A DNA stretch of 64,000 nucleotides from Candidatus Bathyarchaeota archaeon (GCA_043826455.1 JBDRQD010000048.1:209341-273340), one strand, 5' to 3'. Shown: positions 10,224-20,428, counted from the first letter of the stretch. A program made the numbers and translations. The notes: a model not told the origin generated them from the letters alone.

Positions 10224-10665
10224 CGTCCCGCCAGTAAGACTTCTCCCAAGGCTCCGGGGGCCCCTCCACTACGCGGAACATGGGGTGAGGCTCCAATGTC
10301 TCAGCCTTCTGGTTCTCCTCTAACTTGGCCGGGTCACGCCTCGCAAGCCTCTCGTTGAGTATCCTGTACTCGTACTCCAACTGACCCCACGTCAAGCGCA
10401 CATGCTCCACGGCGTCCACAGGCTCAAGAATCTTGGAGAAGTCGTACCTGTAGCCCCTCCTGCGGCTCTCCCTGTGAACCTCAACCAGGTAGAAGCCCAC
10501 AGCCTTCAGGGGCTCCACGTGGCCCTTGAACCTGTCCAGTTGGGGGTGGTTCCTCCACCCCCTGGTTCCACCCAGGAGCACCCTCTGAGCCAAGAGAGTC
10601 TCCCTCCAGAGGGCGCCCAACCCCTTCCAGTCCAGGTACCTGGGATGGATGGACCAGATGCGCAT
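10210..10665 (-). CDS. Pyrimidine dimer DNA glycosylase / endonuclease V-like protein
   Basis: MRIWSIHPRYLDWKGLGALWRE, NHPQLDRF, ESRRRGYRYD. Confidence 0.8.
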   Translation of the reverse strand: MRIWSIHPRYLDWKGLGALWRETLLAQRVLLGGTRGWRNHPQLDRFKGHVEPLKAVGFYLVEVHRESRRRGYRYDFSKILEPVDAVEHVRLTWGQLEYEYRILNERLARRDPAKLEENQKAETLEPHPMFRVVEGPPEPWEKSYWRDAKNS

Positions 10666-10674
10666 GGCCGGCGC

Positions 10675-11451
10675 CTACAGAGGGGTCTTGATCTCCTCGC
10701 CGTTCATCAGCGCGGAGACCTCTATGAGGTCCCGGAGCCCGCTGGACGCCAGCTTCCTGCCTATGACCTGCTCGATCTGGAATATGCCCGCCGGGTTCTC
10801 CATGTGGACCCTGATGCCCACGGGCTTCAAGTCGCCTCTCACCAGCTCCACCCTCTTTATGGCGAGGGCGGAGACGCTGTGGATGTCGTTCTTTCCCCCC
10901 TTGAAGGGCTCCCTGGAGCGACCCTCAGCCATGTCCGTGCCGTCCGCCACGGTGACTATGCCCGCCTCGACGCTGAGGCACGGCACCTTGTCGTCGCTGG
11001 CGTATATGGTGTGCAGCGTCTCCGATTTCACCCTGTACATGAGCCCCGGATCCTCGCTGTATAGGGAGGGGAGCAGCCTGTCCAGTATAGGCGCAGCCAG
11101 GTACACGCTGATAGCCTCATGCCCCACCCTGTGCACAGCGTTGCCCACGTCGTGAAGGTATGCTCCGCAGAGCACGGCCGCCCTAGCGTCCTCGTAACTG
11201 AGGCCGCTCTGGGCCACGCTGGATGGCTCCACGGCCCTGGTTATCAGGTCAAATATCTCCAGGGCGCTCCCCGCTGTTATCCTGGCGTGGGTGGGGCCGT
11301 GGTCGTTGTAGCTGAGCCTCTGGACGGCCATCACATTGGCCATCCTCAGGAGGCTCTGGACCTCGACGTCGTTCTCCAAGAGGCTGTAAACCCTTGAGAT
11401 TTTTGGGTCGGAGAGGTGTCTGTGGATGAGCCGGTTGTTGACTGCGACCAA
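10675..11451 (-). CDS. HD-domain phosphohydrolase
   Basis: YNDHGPTHA, YLHDVGN, VADGTDM. Confidence 0.85.
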   Translation of the reverse strand: MVAVNNRLIHRHLSDPKISRVYSLLENDVEVQSLLRMANVMAVQRLSYNDHGPTHARITAGSALEIFDLITRAVEPSSVAQSGLSYEDARAAVLCGAYLHDVGNAVHRVGHEAISVYLAAPILDRLLPSLYSEDPGLMYRVKSETLHTIYASDDKVPCLSVEAGIVTVADGTDMAEGRSREPFKGGKNDIHSVSALAIKRVELVRGDLKPVGIRVHMENPAGIFQIEQVIGRKLASSGLRDLIEVSALMNGEEIKTPL

Positions 11452-11487
11452 TGTTATCCTGTCTATCTTGGGGGCCGCGTCATATAA

Positions 11488-12174
11488 TCAGTTGCGTTTG
11501 GGCAGCGTGAAGGTGAAGGTGGTGCCCTCACCCAGCTCAGATACGTAACCTATGGTTCCCCCGTGGGCCTCCACGATCCTCTTTGCAGCCGGGAGGCCCA
11601 GCCCTTTACCGTTCTTCAACCTAGACATGAAGGGGACGTAGATCAACTCCCTCATGTCCTCACTGATGCCGCAGCCGGTGTCACTGATAGCCACCTCTAC
11701 AATGTCACCCGCGTCCCTAATCCGGACGCCGAGCTCTCCGCCGTCTGGCATGGCGTCCAGGGCGTTCTGCATAAGCTTCTTGAAGACGAGGGCCACCTTG
11801 GTGGGGTCCATGAGGAAGCTGGGCAGTTCCTCTATCTGGGCCACCGTCTTCACGTTCTCCGGCACCTGCAGCTCAGCGGCAGCCAACTCGTAGGGCTTCA
11901 CTAGGTTGGCCTCCACAAGCTTGAGCTGGTGACCCTTATAGTAGTCCCTGAAGTTGTCCAGGATGTCGGTGGTCTGCCTCAGGCTCAGCTTTATCATCTC
12001 GTAGAACAGCGGGTTCCCGGGGCTCCTCTCCAACAGGAAGAGGGCGTTCTGGATGGTCTGGAGGGGGCTCCTCAGGTCGTGGGCCAGCCCCGACGATATC
12101 TGACCCATCTCCTCTATGAGCCTCCGCTCAAACTCACCGCTATCTAAGCTATCCTTCTTGCCCTCGCACGCCAA
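11488..12174 (-). CDS. Histidine kinase (HisKA + HATPase, no sensor domain)
   Basis: LAHDLRSPL H-box, QNALDA, DTGCGI, GKGLGL, HGG. Confidence 0.88.
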   Translation of the reverse strand: MACEGKKDSLDSGEFERRLIEEMGQISSGLAHDLRSPLQTIQNALFLLERSPGNPLFYEMIKLSLRQTTDILDNFRDYYKGHQLKLVEANLVKPYELAAAELQVPENVKTVAQIEELPSFLMDPTKVALVFKKLMQNALDAMPDGGELGVRIRDAGDIVEVAISDTGCGISEDMRELIYVPFMSRLKNGKGLGLPAAKRIVEAHGGTIGYVSELGEGTTFTFTLPKRN

Positions 12175-12242
12175 GCCTAAGGCCTCAGACAGAGTAAAAC
12201 CACTGAAAGGTATTTCATTTTATGGAGTGTGGATAGCGACCA

Positions 12243-12986
12243 CTACTCCCTTCTGTAGCATGTGGTGTGGGGGAGCCTGATCTCGGGCACTATCACCTCG
12301 GGCAGGTTCAGGTCTTTGTGGCTGGCTATGGTGGCCATGAGGTCGGCCACCGTCTCAGGCCTGAGCAGCGCCTCCTTGACGGCGTTGGGGGTGGCCTCCC
12401 ACCTCATGGGGGTGTCCATGGGGGCTGGGCACACCACGTGGACGCCTACGCCGTCCTTCTGGTGCTCGCTGGCCAGGGCCTTGCTGAAGCCGACGACAGC
12501 CATCTTGCTGGCCTTGTATAGGCTTATGATGCCTCCGCCCGGGTACCAGAGGCCGGCCTGGCTGGCCACGTTGAAGATGTGGCCTCCGCCCTGCTTAATC
12601 ATGTGGGGGAGCACCGCCCTGCATGTCAGGTAGATGCTCTTCATGTTTGTGTCGAAGAGGTGGTTATAGTCCTCCTCGGTGGTCTCAAGGGTGGGCTTGA
12701 TGAGCCAGTCCCCCTGAGTGTTCACAAGAGTGTCGATCCTGCCGAACCTGTCCACCACAGTTTTCACCAGCCCTTCAACCTGGTCCGCCTCCGTTGCGTC
12801 GGTTGGGATAGCTAGGCCTCTCCTTCCGAGCTTCCTCACCTCGGCAGCCACCTCATCTATCTCAGGTTTAGTGCGCGCGGCGACCGCCACATCTGCTCCC
12901 TCCTCGGCGAACTTGATGGCGGTGGCTCTCCCCAGACCGCGTCCACCACCCACAATCAAAGCTACGTGGTCCTCTAGCCTACCCAT
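12243..12986 (-). CDS. Short-chain dehydrogenase/reductase
   Basis: VALIVGGGRGLG, NVASQAG, YKASK; own TATA-like cttaaat ~25 bp upstream of ATG 12986. Confidence 0.85.
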   Translation of the reverse strand: MGRLEDHVALIVGGGRGLGRATAIKFAEEGADVAVAARTKPEIDEVAAEVRKLGRRGLAIPTDATEADQVEGLVKTVVDRFGRIDTLVNTQGDWLIKPTLETTEEDYNHLFDTNMKSIYLTCRAVLPHMIKQGGGHIFNVASQAGLWYPGGGIISLYKASKMAVVGFSKALASEHQKDGVGVHVVCPAPMDTPMRWEATPNAVKEALLRPETVADLMATIASHKDLNLPEVIVPEIRLPHTTCYRRE

Positions 12987-13024
12987 GATCCCCAAGGGGC
13001 GGCTATGTGATTTAAGATCGATGC

Positions 13025-13628
13025 GCGGGTCAACGAGGCTGCCTCCGCCCCCGCTGGTGCATATCTTGATGAAGTCCACGCTCATCCTTAGCTGCTCCCT
13101 GACCGCCTTCAGGCACTCGTCCACGCCGTCCGCGATCCTCCCGTCCATGCCCCACCCGAAAGGACGGCCCTCCTTCACCCACTCCAGAGGCAGGCTGTGG
13201 GTGTCCCCGTGGCCGCCGGTCACGGACATGTAGCGGCCCGCCGCCAGTATCCTTGGCCCGTCAACTATGCCGGCGCGGACCGCATTCCTGACATGGAGCC
13301 CCACGAGGCCGCCGGTGTCCATCACCGAGGTTATCCCGGCGTCCAGGAGTTGCCTGGTCTGGACGACGGCGGCCCTTATGAGCCTGGTCTCGAAGGCCTC
13401 TCTCTGGAGGCCGGGTGTCGCCGTGTCGCTGCCTGTGAAGTGGACGTGGCAGTCTACAAGTCCCGGCATGAGGGTGCACCCTGACGCGTCGTGCACAGCC
13501 GCGCCGCTTGGAATTTTGACCTTTCCTCTGCTCCCCGCCTCCTTTATGACCCCGTTCTGGATAAGCACAACGGGGTTCTCTATAATCCTCTCAGCGTCAA
13601 TAAGTCTGCTGCCCAGAATAGCTTCCAT
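13025..13628 (-). pseudogene. 3'-truncated metal-dependent amidohydrolase (Xaa-Pro dipeptidase-like), in frame with the downstream SDR
   Basis: LMPGLVDCHVH, TGGHGD, DFIKICTSGGG, then the sequence switches to the SDR upstream region; second half of the barrel absent. Confidence 0.7.
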
Positions 13629-13742
13629 GGTATGGACTCGTGGTAAGCCGATTTAAAACGTTGGCACGAGGTATTTGGCCTGGGCACGCCCCCCTAACAA
13701 TAATCTTTTACGATTAAATGGCTAGTAAATGTCGGGGGTTCT

Positions 13743-15944
13743 ATGAGGCTGAGGCGGGGCGCCACCGCGCTCCTTCTGTTCATTATCCTTTTAAATCCGT
13801 TACCCGTGTACGCGGGGCACTTCTTCGAGTCCAACCAGGTTGAGGACGACTCCGGGGACACCTATAACTTCGAGAGGTGCTTCAACGAGGGTATCCTTGA
13901 GCCCCAGCCTATGGAGCTGGACATCCAAAGAGTGGAAGCCGTCGCCGTGGAAACGTTGGACGGCTCAGGGGCCGATGAGATATATGTGGAGATCACCCTC
14001 AACATGCCGCCTCTGCCCCACATGTCCTACACCATCGAGTTCGGCCTGGACGTGGACAGGGACCCCACCACCGGAGCGTCCCAGCCCGCCGCCTTCTACA
14101 GCGGCCTCGGGGTCGACTACGACGTGGGCGTCGAGGTGCTCACGGGCGTCATCGCCTCCACGTGGGTGGACAGGTACGAGGCCGGCTCCTGGGTTAGACT
14201 CGGCGAGACAGCTTACAAAATAGTGAATAACAAGGTCCGGATCGGTCTGCCCCTGGGCCTCATCCCCCACCCAATGGACGCCTCCGGTATAGTCTTCCTC
14301 ATCAGGGACGGGGGCCTCGACATTACGCCCGGCGTGATAGCCCGGTTCCACTACACGCCCGAGGCCCGGATCACGGAGGCGCCCCCGCTGGGCGAGGGGT
14401 CAGAGTATCCTCTCGACGCCTCGGAGTCAGCGACGAGGTACGGAGGCTTCAGCCTCTACGAGTGGGACCTGGACGGCGACGGCGTCTACGACGAGTCCAG
14501 CGGCGACCCCACGTACACTGCCCTCTTCCCGAGGGACGGCGAGTACACGGTCACCGTGAGAGTGACCGACGCAGAGGGCTTCACAGGCACCCACACCCAG
14601 ACGGTTACCGTCCTGAATCTGCCCCCCACCAGCCTCGAGGCCGGGTACACAGGCGAGGCCAAGGTCGGCAACACGTTGACCTTCACGGCGTCTGCCACTG
14701 ACCCAGGCGGCGACCCTCTCACCTACGTGTGGGAGTTCGGGGACGACACCACCGGCGAGGGACCCGAGGTATCCCACGCCTACACGGGGGCAGGTTTCCA
14801 CATAGTCATGGTGACTGTGAGTGACGACGCCGGAGCTGAGGCCACCACGGTTTTCAACGTCGAGGTGGCGCCCGCGACGACCCAGCCCACAGCTAATGGC
14901 GGAGGATCGGGGGCCCCGCCCATCGACCCGCTGCTTGTGGTCCTGATCCTCGTATTCGGCATCGGAGGCGTCTTCATCTACAACATCATCCGGGGCAAGA
15001 AGAAGGAGGAGGAGCCCCCCAAGAAGGAGGAGAAAAAGGAGAAGGACTTCTGCGAGGAGCACCCCGAGGTCGTAGAGGAGGAGACACACAAGTGCGACGA
15101 CGCCCTCATCGACCTGGAGTCCGCCATAGGCGACGTCCAGGACAACTTCGACGAGGCCGAGCCCAGGTGGCGGAGCAACGCCAACGAGGTGGCCCGCCTG
15201 CTCGTGCAGTGGGACGGCGTAATCAGCCTGATAGCCCACTGGACCAAGTCCGAGAAGGCCCTCCAGGCGGACGCGGAGAAGGTGCAGAAGGTGGCCAGCC
15301 TCGTCAAAAACTCTGGGAGCGCGGCGAAGACGGCGTTCAAGGAGGGTGGGGAGGCCGTCATGAAGGAGCTGGGCAAGGACATTGCCAAGGACATGGCCAA
15401 GGGCATAGCCGGCGAGCTGAGCGACACCGTGGGCACCCTCCTGGACATGGAGGACTGGGCCATCAGAGAGATAGGCCTGGGGATAGCCAAGGGCCTCACA
15501 GGCATCGACCCCAAGGGCAACGCCGTCAAGCTGAGGCAGAACTCGGAGATACTCCTCACACAGCTCCTCAGCTGGGTGGACCACAGCGAGGCCTGGAACC
15601 TAGGTAGGAGGCCCCCCGATACCCTCCCCAGCATGATAAAAGAGGCTGAAGGGATGCTGAACGCCTTGGACGACGCGTTGAAGAGCTTCGAGGACGCCGT
15701 CAAGGACTTCAAATGCGTGACATGCAAGATACCCGACTACCTCCAAGAGGAGATGGATGAGCTGAGGAAGAAGCTGGAGAAGTGGAAGAAGACCTTCAGC
15801 GACCTGGAGAAAGAGGTCCAGAAGAGGATCGACCAGGCCAGGGCCATGTATGGACGCAAAGACCTCTACGAGTCACCCTACGAGTACCTTCACAAGGCTG
15901 ACAGAAACATCGAACGGATAGATAGGGCCCGGGAAGGGTCCTAG
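13743..15944 (+). CDS. Single-pass surface protein with two PKD domains and a helical cytoplasmic C-terminus
   Basis: Signal peptide; YEWDLDGDG..VTD and YVWEFGD..HAY..VSDD PKD motifs; TM followed by GKKKEE. Confidence 0.75.
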   Translation: MRLRRGATALLLFIILLNPLPVYAGHFFESNQVEDDSGDTYNFERCFNEGILEPQPMELDIQRVEAVAVETLDGSGADEIYVEITLNMPPLPHMSYTIEFGLDVDRDPTTGASQPAAFYSGLGVDYDVGVEVLTGVIASTWVDRYEAGSWVRLGETAYKIVNNKVRIGLPLGLIPHPMDASGIVFLIRDGGLDITPGVIARFHYTPEARITEAPPLGEGSEYPLDASESATRYGGFSLYEWDLDGDGVYDESSGDPTYTALFPRDGEYTVTVRVTDAEGFTGTHTQTVTVLNLPPTSLEAGYTGEAKVGNTLTFTASATDPGGDPLTYVWEFGDDTTGEGPEVSHAYTGAGFHIVMVTVSDDAGAEATTVFNVEVAPATTQPTANGGGSGAPPIDPLLVVLILVFGIGGVFIYNIIRGKKKEEEPPKKEEKKEKDFCEEHPEVVEEETHKCDDALIDLESAIGDVQDNFDEAEPRWRSNANEVARLLVQWDGVISLIAHWTKSEKALQADAEKVQKVASLVKNSGSAAKTAFKEGGEAVMKELGKDIAKDMAKGIAGELSDTVGTLLDMEDWAIREIGLGIAKGLTGIDPKGNAVKLRQNSEILLTQLLSWVDHSEAWNLGRRPPDTLPSMIKEAEGMLNALDDALKSFEDAVKDFKCVTCKIPDYLQEEMDELRKKLEKWKKTFSDLEKEVQKRIDQARAMYGRKDLYESPYEYLHKADRNIERIDRAREGS

Positions 15945-15947
15945 CCG

Positions 15948-17708
15948 CTACTCGCGGACCAGGACCTTGCCGGGCAGGGCCCCCGTGTGCTTGCCCTTGC
16001 TCACCACGAGCACACCGTTCACCATGACGTGGCTGATGCCCTCAGGGTACTGGCGGGGCTCCAGCTGCGTCCCCCTGTCGGTTATCGTCTCCGGGTCCCA
16101 GACAACGAGGTCCGCGTATGCTCCGGGCTTAATGACGCCCCTGCCTGCGAGCTTGAACTTCCTGGCCGGGCTGCCCGTGATCTTTCGGACCGCCTCCTCG
16201 AGGCTCAGCACCTTTGCTTCGCGGACGGCTCTCCTCAGGTAGCAGGGGAAGCCGCCGAAGCTGTTCTGGTTGGGGTACGACGGCGGCTTGTGCCAGCTCT
16301 CCCGTTTCTCGTCCACGGCGAAGGTGTCGATGCCGATCATCATCTCCGGGTGCTTGTAGAGCTCCAGCTTCTCCCAGTCGTCGCCTCCTCGCCGCTCCAC
16401 CCTGGTGTAGGGGTCGTCCATGAGGACCCTGAAGAGGGCGTCCAGCTCGTCCAAGCCTTTCTCCTTGGCTATCTGGGCCACCGTCTTCTCCCTGTACTCC
16501 TCCACCTTGCAGTCCACTATGACCCTGGCACCGGCCCACCCGGGCTCGATGTTGGGGTTCAGCCCGTAGTGCCTGCCCGCCCATATCTTGTCCTTGATCT
16601 CGTCCCTGAACTCGGCCATGCGCAGGGCCTTGGCAAGCTGCTCCGGTGAGCCGGCTACGTGGAGCCACGGGCTGAGGCTGTGCACCAGCCACGGGGTGGT
16701 GCCTATGCCGCCGGTGAGGTGGTGGGGAATCTCATCGAAGTTCACGTCCAGGCCCTCGGCCCGGGCGTCGTCTATGATCTTCAGGGTCGCGTCGACGGCC
16801 GCCTGCTGCAGAGGCCTGCTGTCGCCGGGGCGGACATCGTAGAGGACCCCCAGGTGGCTCACCTGGACGGGCATCTTGGCCTGGCGGCCCACATCGATGG
16901 CCTCCAGGACGCCCTTGGTCTTGACGGGCGGGAACTCCCCCGGCCTCCTGGGCTTCCTGTGGCCCGTGCGGAGGCTGTGGCTGCCGTAGACTCCGCCGTA
17001 CTTGGCGGCGGCCTTGGCGCAGGCAAGTATCTCAATGAAGTCGGCCCATATGCCTGGGTCGTAGTCCCTGCCCACAGTGATGCCTCGGCACCCGTCCAGC
17101 ATGGCCGCCTCCGTGAGCCTGACCATCTCCTCTATCTCGTCGTCGGTGGCGTGGCGCATGAAGTCGGGGCCCATGACCAGGCTCCTGATGTCGCCGTGGC
17201 CCACCAGGGGCACATAGTTGGGGCTAAGCCCCTTCTTCTCTAGCCTGTCGAAGAACTCGCCCATGGTGTGCCAGTCTATCTCCCACCCGTAGACCTCCCT
17301 GTGGCGGAGGTTCAGTGTGTCCCTGGGTATGAGCCACTCCCGGACGTACATGCTGGGGGCCACGTCGGCGTACAGGTCGCTGAGGACCCAGGGCTGACCG
17401 ATATAGTCACCGTAGGGACCTGGGCTGGTGCCGCACTGGCCCCCCACGAAGCTGGTGATGCCCTGCATTATGAAGCCCTCGGCCCTGGGGTAGTAGAGGA
17501 TGCTGAGGTCGCCGTGGTTGTGGACGTCTATGAAGCCCGGGGACACCACTTTGCCCTTGGCATCCATGGTCTTCACAGCGTCCCCCGTGACGCTTCCCAC
17601 GCCCACGATCTTCTCATCCTTCACGGCCACGGAACCTTTCACGGCTTGAGCCCCTGTGCCGTCGACGATCAACGCGTTCCTTACCAGAACATCGTATTCT
17701 TCAGTCAT
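15948..17708 (-). CDS. N-acyl-D-amino-acid deacylase (D-aminoacylase)
   Basis: PGFIDVHNHGD, GQCG, LVGHG, QVSHL, YADLVVWDP, VMVNG. Confidence 0.88.
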   Translation of the reverse strand: MTEEYDVLVRNALIVDGTGAQAVKGSVAVKDEKIVGVGSVTGDAVKTMDAKGKVVSPGFIDVHNHGDLSILYYPRAEGFIMQGITSFVGGQCGTSPGPYGDYIGQPWVLSDLYADVAPSMYVREWLIPRDTLNLRHREVYGWEIDWHTMGEFFDRLEKKGLSPNYVPLVGHGDIRSLVMGPDFMRHATDDEIEEMVRLTEAAMLDGCRGITVGRDYDPGIWADFIEILACAKAAAKYGGVYGSHSLRTGHRKPRRPGEFPPVKTKGVLEAIDVGRQAKMPVQVSHLGVLYDVRPGDSRPLQQAAVDATLKIIDDARAEGLDVNFDEIPHHLTGGIGTTPWLVHSLSPWLHVAGSPEQLAKALRMAEFRDEIKDKIWAGRHYGLNPNIEPGWAGARVIVDCKVEEYREKTVAQIAKEKGLDELDALFRVLMDDPYTRVERRGGDDWEKLELYKHPEMMIGIDTFAVDEKRESWHKPPSYPNQNSFGGFPCYLRRAVREAKVLSLEEAVRKITGSPARKFKLAGRGVIKPGAYADLVVWDPETITDRGTQLEPRQYPEGISHVMVNGVLVVSKGKHTGALPGKVLVRE

Positions 17709-17888
17709 GGAGAGGAATAGGGTGAACCACGGTAAACCTTTTTCCACCGCGGTGGTCGCCGGGAGAAGACGCAAACAGGGTGCAGCGGAACAGATCCCCA
17801 TGAGTCTCCCCTTTCACATGGTGGCCAGGGGCGAGCTCCTCTAAGCCCCTCCGATACCTTCATCACGGCCGCACCCAATACGGTACAC

Positions 17889-18677
17889 ATGTCAACGGGT
17901 GAGAGGGTGACCCTCCAGAGAGCCGCCGAGGAGGACGCCCACTGGCTGGCTGAGATATGCTCCAGGGCCTACGCTGGCCAAATAGAGCGCGGCGCGTATA
18001 TCCCCGGCGGCCTGTCCCGCGTGGACAGCCCCCGGAGCCACCTCAAGTTCATGGAGTACTTCGACTACTACAGGGTCACACTGGACGGCTTCACCGTGGG
18101 CGGCCTCATGATCGCCACCAGGGGGCCCACAATGGTGGAGGTGGTCAATGTCTACGTGGACCCGGACCACTGGAGGAATGGCATCGCATCGGCCGCCCTC
18201 AGGCAGGCTGAGGGGCTCTACCCTGACGCGGGCCTATGGGCGCTGGGCGTCCCCGATGGCAACGAGGCAGCCTCGTCGCTCGTCGAGGGAGTGGGCTACG
18301 TGAGGGTGGGCCAGGTAGCGGAGGATGGCGGGACCTTACTTGGCTGGTTCCATAAGACTGGTGCGCCTCTGAGCCTATCGCCCGTGGGGTCTCTCAGGGA
18401 GGGCATGAAGAACGTCCTGGTGGAGGGCGTCATCCTCGAGAAGGCGCACGCCAGGGCGGTGCGGGGACGCAGGCCAGGGGAGTCCCTCAGCGTCACCGAG
18501 GCGGGCCTGGGGGACGAGTCAGGTAGGGTGGTTCTCACCCTCTGGAACCAACAGATAAAGATGATCCAGGTCGGCGACAGGGTTAGGGTTGAGAACGGTT
18601 TCGTGGGCGGTTACCGTGGGATCACACAGCTCAGCGCGGGTAAGACCGGGCGGATCGTCAAGCTTGATACGTATTAA
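17889..18677 (+). CDS. GNAT acetyltransferase fused to an SSB/RPA-like OB fold
   Basis: VYVDPDHWRNGIAS (GNAT motif A); C-terminal GDESGRVVLTLWN..GDRVRVENG..YRG..QLSAG. Confidence 0.78.
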   Translation: MSTGERVTLQRAAEEDAHWLAEICSRAYAGQIERGAYIPGGLSRVDSPRSHLKFMEYFDYYRVTLDGFTVGGLMIATRGPTMVEVVNVYVDPDHWRNGIASAALRQAEGLYPDAGLWALGVPDGNEAASSLVEGVGYVRVGQVAEDGGTLLGWFHKTGAPLSLSPVGSLREGMKNVLVEGVILEKAHARAVRGRRPGESLSVTEAGLGDESGRVVLTLWNQQIKMIQVGDRVRVENGFVGGYRGITQLSAGKTGRIVKLDTY

Positions 18678-18722
18678 CTGGAACAAAGGTTCCAGTCCGT
18701 TCATCGAGGTTCTTATTATATA
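18677..18722 (+). promoter_or_regulatory. (GTTC-N6)x3 + TATA promoter with an 8-bp inverted repeat
   Basis: gttc at 18689, 18699, 18709 then ttattatata; actggaac-aaag-gttccagt palindrome. Confidence 0.6.
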
Positions 18723-18743
18723 ACCTCGGCTGGGTTCCACCAG

Positions 18744-18941
18744 GTGGCATCGGTGAAGCGCAGCCTGGAGCACACTGTGAGGGTGATCCGTATAGAGAAT
18801 AGAGGCTACGACGACGATGACGGGCTGCTCTCTCTCCCACTCCTGTCCCTCCAGGACTTCGTCTCGGAGTCCAGGAGAACTCGCGTCATACTACGCAAGT
18901 CCGGTACCACGGTAGTTGACGGCGAAGACGTTGTGCTCTAG
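18744..18941 (+). CDS. Small hypothetical protein
   Basis: 65-aa ORF, host-like codons, ~22 bp after a strong TATA (ttattatata). Confidence 0.5.
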   Translation: MASVKRSLEHTVRVIRIENRGYDDDDGLLSLPLLSLQDFVSESRRTRVILRKSGTTVVDGEDVVL

Positions 18942-19095
18942 CTCATGATCCAGCCACCCATTATCCCCCTTTTTGGCTTTCTTCCCTGTTCAACTTGGCT
19001 GCATAGTGGCCGATGTCTAGCTAACATCATGTAAACCGTGGAGGAGTTTTTATTACAGAGGCCGCGTCAACCTCATCAAGGCGTTAGTCGGGTGG

Positions 19096-19479
19096 GTGAA
19101 GGGAATGGGCGGGGCTTCTATCGAAGGCGGTGAGCCGTGCAGGGCACGTGGCTGCAACTTGTGCTGCGTGGACACCAGGATGCCCTTATGCGGGGAGGAC
19201 GTGGCCCGGCTCAGGGCCCTGGGCTTCAAGGTCAGGGACTTCGTCTACGGCTACGGGCGCAAGAGGGTCCTCAGGAACGTGGGGGGCCGTTGCTTTTTCC
19301 TGGGTGAGGAGGGATGCACGGTCTACAGCGATAGGCCTGAGGGGTGCCGCCTCTACCCGCTGGTGTACCACGAGGGCAGACGCAGAGGCGTCCTGGACTC
19401 CTACTGCCCCCACAGGAACGAGTTCACCGTGGGGGATGGGGACCGGGAGGCCCTGAGGTCGCTGATCAGGAAGCTGTAG
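19096..19479 (+). CDS. YkgJ-family cysteine-cluster protein
   Basis: C..C..CC, CFFL, CTVYSDRPEGCRLYP. Confidence 0.85.
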   Translation: MKGMGGASIEGGEPCRARGCNLCCVDTRMPLCGEDVARLRALGFKVRDFVYGYGRKRVLRNVGGRCFFLGEEGCTVYSDRPEGCRLYPLVYHEGRRRGVLDSYCPHRNEFTVGDGDREALRSLIRKL

Positions 19480-19545
19480 AGCTCCCTGCCCGGGACCATT
19501 GGTTGAACTCTTATCTATGGTTGCCCCCGGTTCTACTGTGGAACC

Positions 19546-20382
19546 ATGAACGAGTACAACGAGTATGGTAAGGTTATCGAGGAGGAGATCAGGCCCAACA
19601 CGTACCCCATGGCGGTGCGGATGCTCCGGAGCAGGGACGAGGTGCCCCCGGACGCCCTCAGGCCCCTTGAACGGTTCGGCAAGTGCCTCTCTACCTGCCA
19701 GGCCTTCGCCCTGAGCCGGAGGTTCGGGGAGACGGTGGCCCAGCTCTTCGAGGACATGTGGTGCCCCGAGCCCGTCATAGGGTTCGGCCTAGCGGAGCCC
19801 CCCGAGTTCTTCTACGAGGGCAGGACCAGGTACCCCGACGGCGTGAAGTCACTGGAGGCGGGGGCCAACTGGGCCAGGGAGTTCCCCAGGCTGCCCGTGG
19901 GGGAGTACGCGGGGATAGTCTCGGCGCCCCTGACCAAGGCGGGCTTCGAGCCCGACGTGGCAGTCATCTACTGTGACTCATCCCAGTTGCTCCGGCTCCT
20001 GCTGGCAGTGGCCTACGAGGATGGCAGGGACATCATCACGCCTCTGGGAGGCCACAGCGCCTGCGTCTACGCCGTCGTCCCCTCCATGCTGAGCAACCTG
20101 TGCACGGCCTCGGTGCCCTGCAGGGGGGACAGAGGCTACGCCGGGGCTCAGGACTACGAGATGATCTTCACCGTCCCCAGGGACAAGATAGGGAGGGTGG
20201 CCCAGGGCCTCAAGAAGGGCGGAACCTCCACGGTGCCCACCAGGTTCAGCATGAGCCCCGAGTACAGGCTCAGCGAGGGCTACGCCGAGATAGCGCGAAT
20301 GATGGGGCAGAGGGCGGGGGACGGCTCAGAGATAGTGGGGTACGCGGCCAAGGAGAGGCGGCTGGCCCTCCAGTACCGGTGA
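19546..20382 (+). CDS. DUF169 family protein
   Basis: TCQAFALSRR, WCP, PDVAVIY, SACVYAV, PCRGDR. Confidence 0.8.
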   Translation: MNEYNEYGKVIEEEIRPNTYPMAVRMLRSRDEVPPDALRPLERFGKCLSTCQAFALSRRFGETVAQLFEDMWCPEPVIGFGLAEPPEFFYEGRTRYPDGVKSLEAGANWAREFPRLPVGEYAGIVSAPLTKAGFEPDVAVIYCDSSQLLRLLLAVAYEDGRDIITPLGGHSACVYAVVPSMLSNLCTASVPCRGDRGYAGAQDYEMIFTVPRDKIGRVAQGLKKGGTSTVPTRFSMSPEYRLSEGYAEIARMMGQRAGDGSEIVGYAAKERRLALQYR

Positions 20383-20428
20383 CCCCTCACCCACTTTTTA
20401 TCTCCGTTAGACCTCATCTAGGATTATC

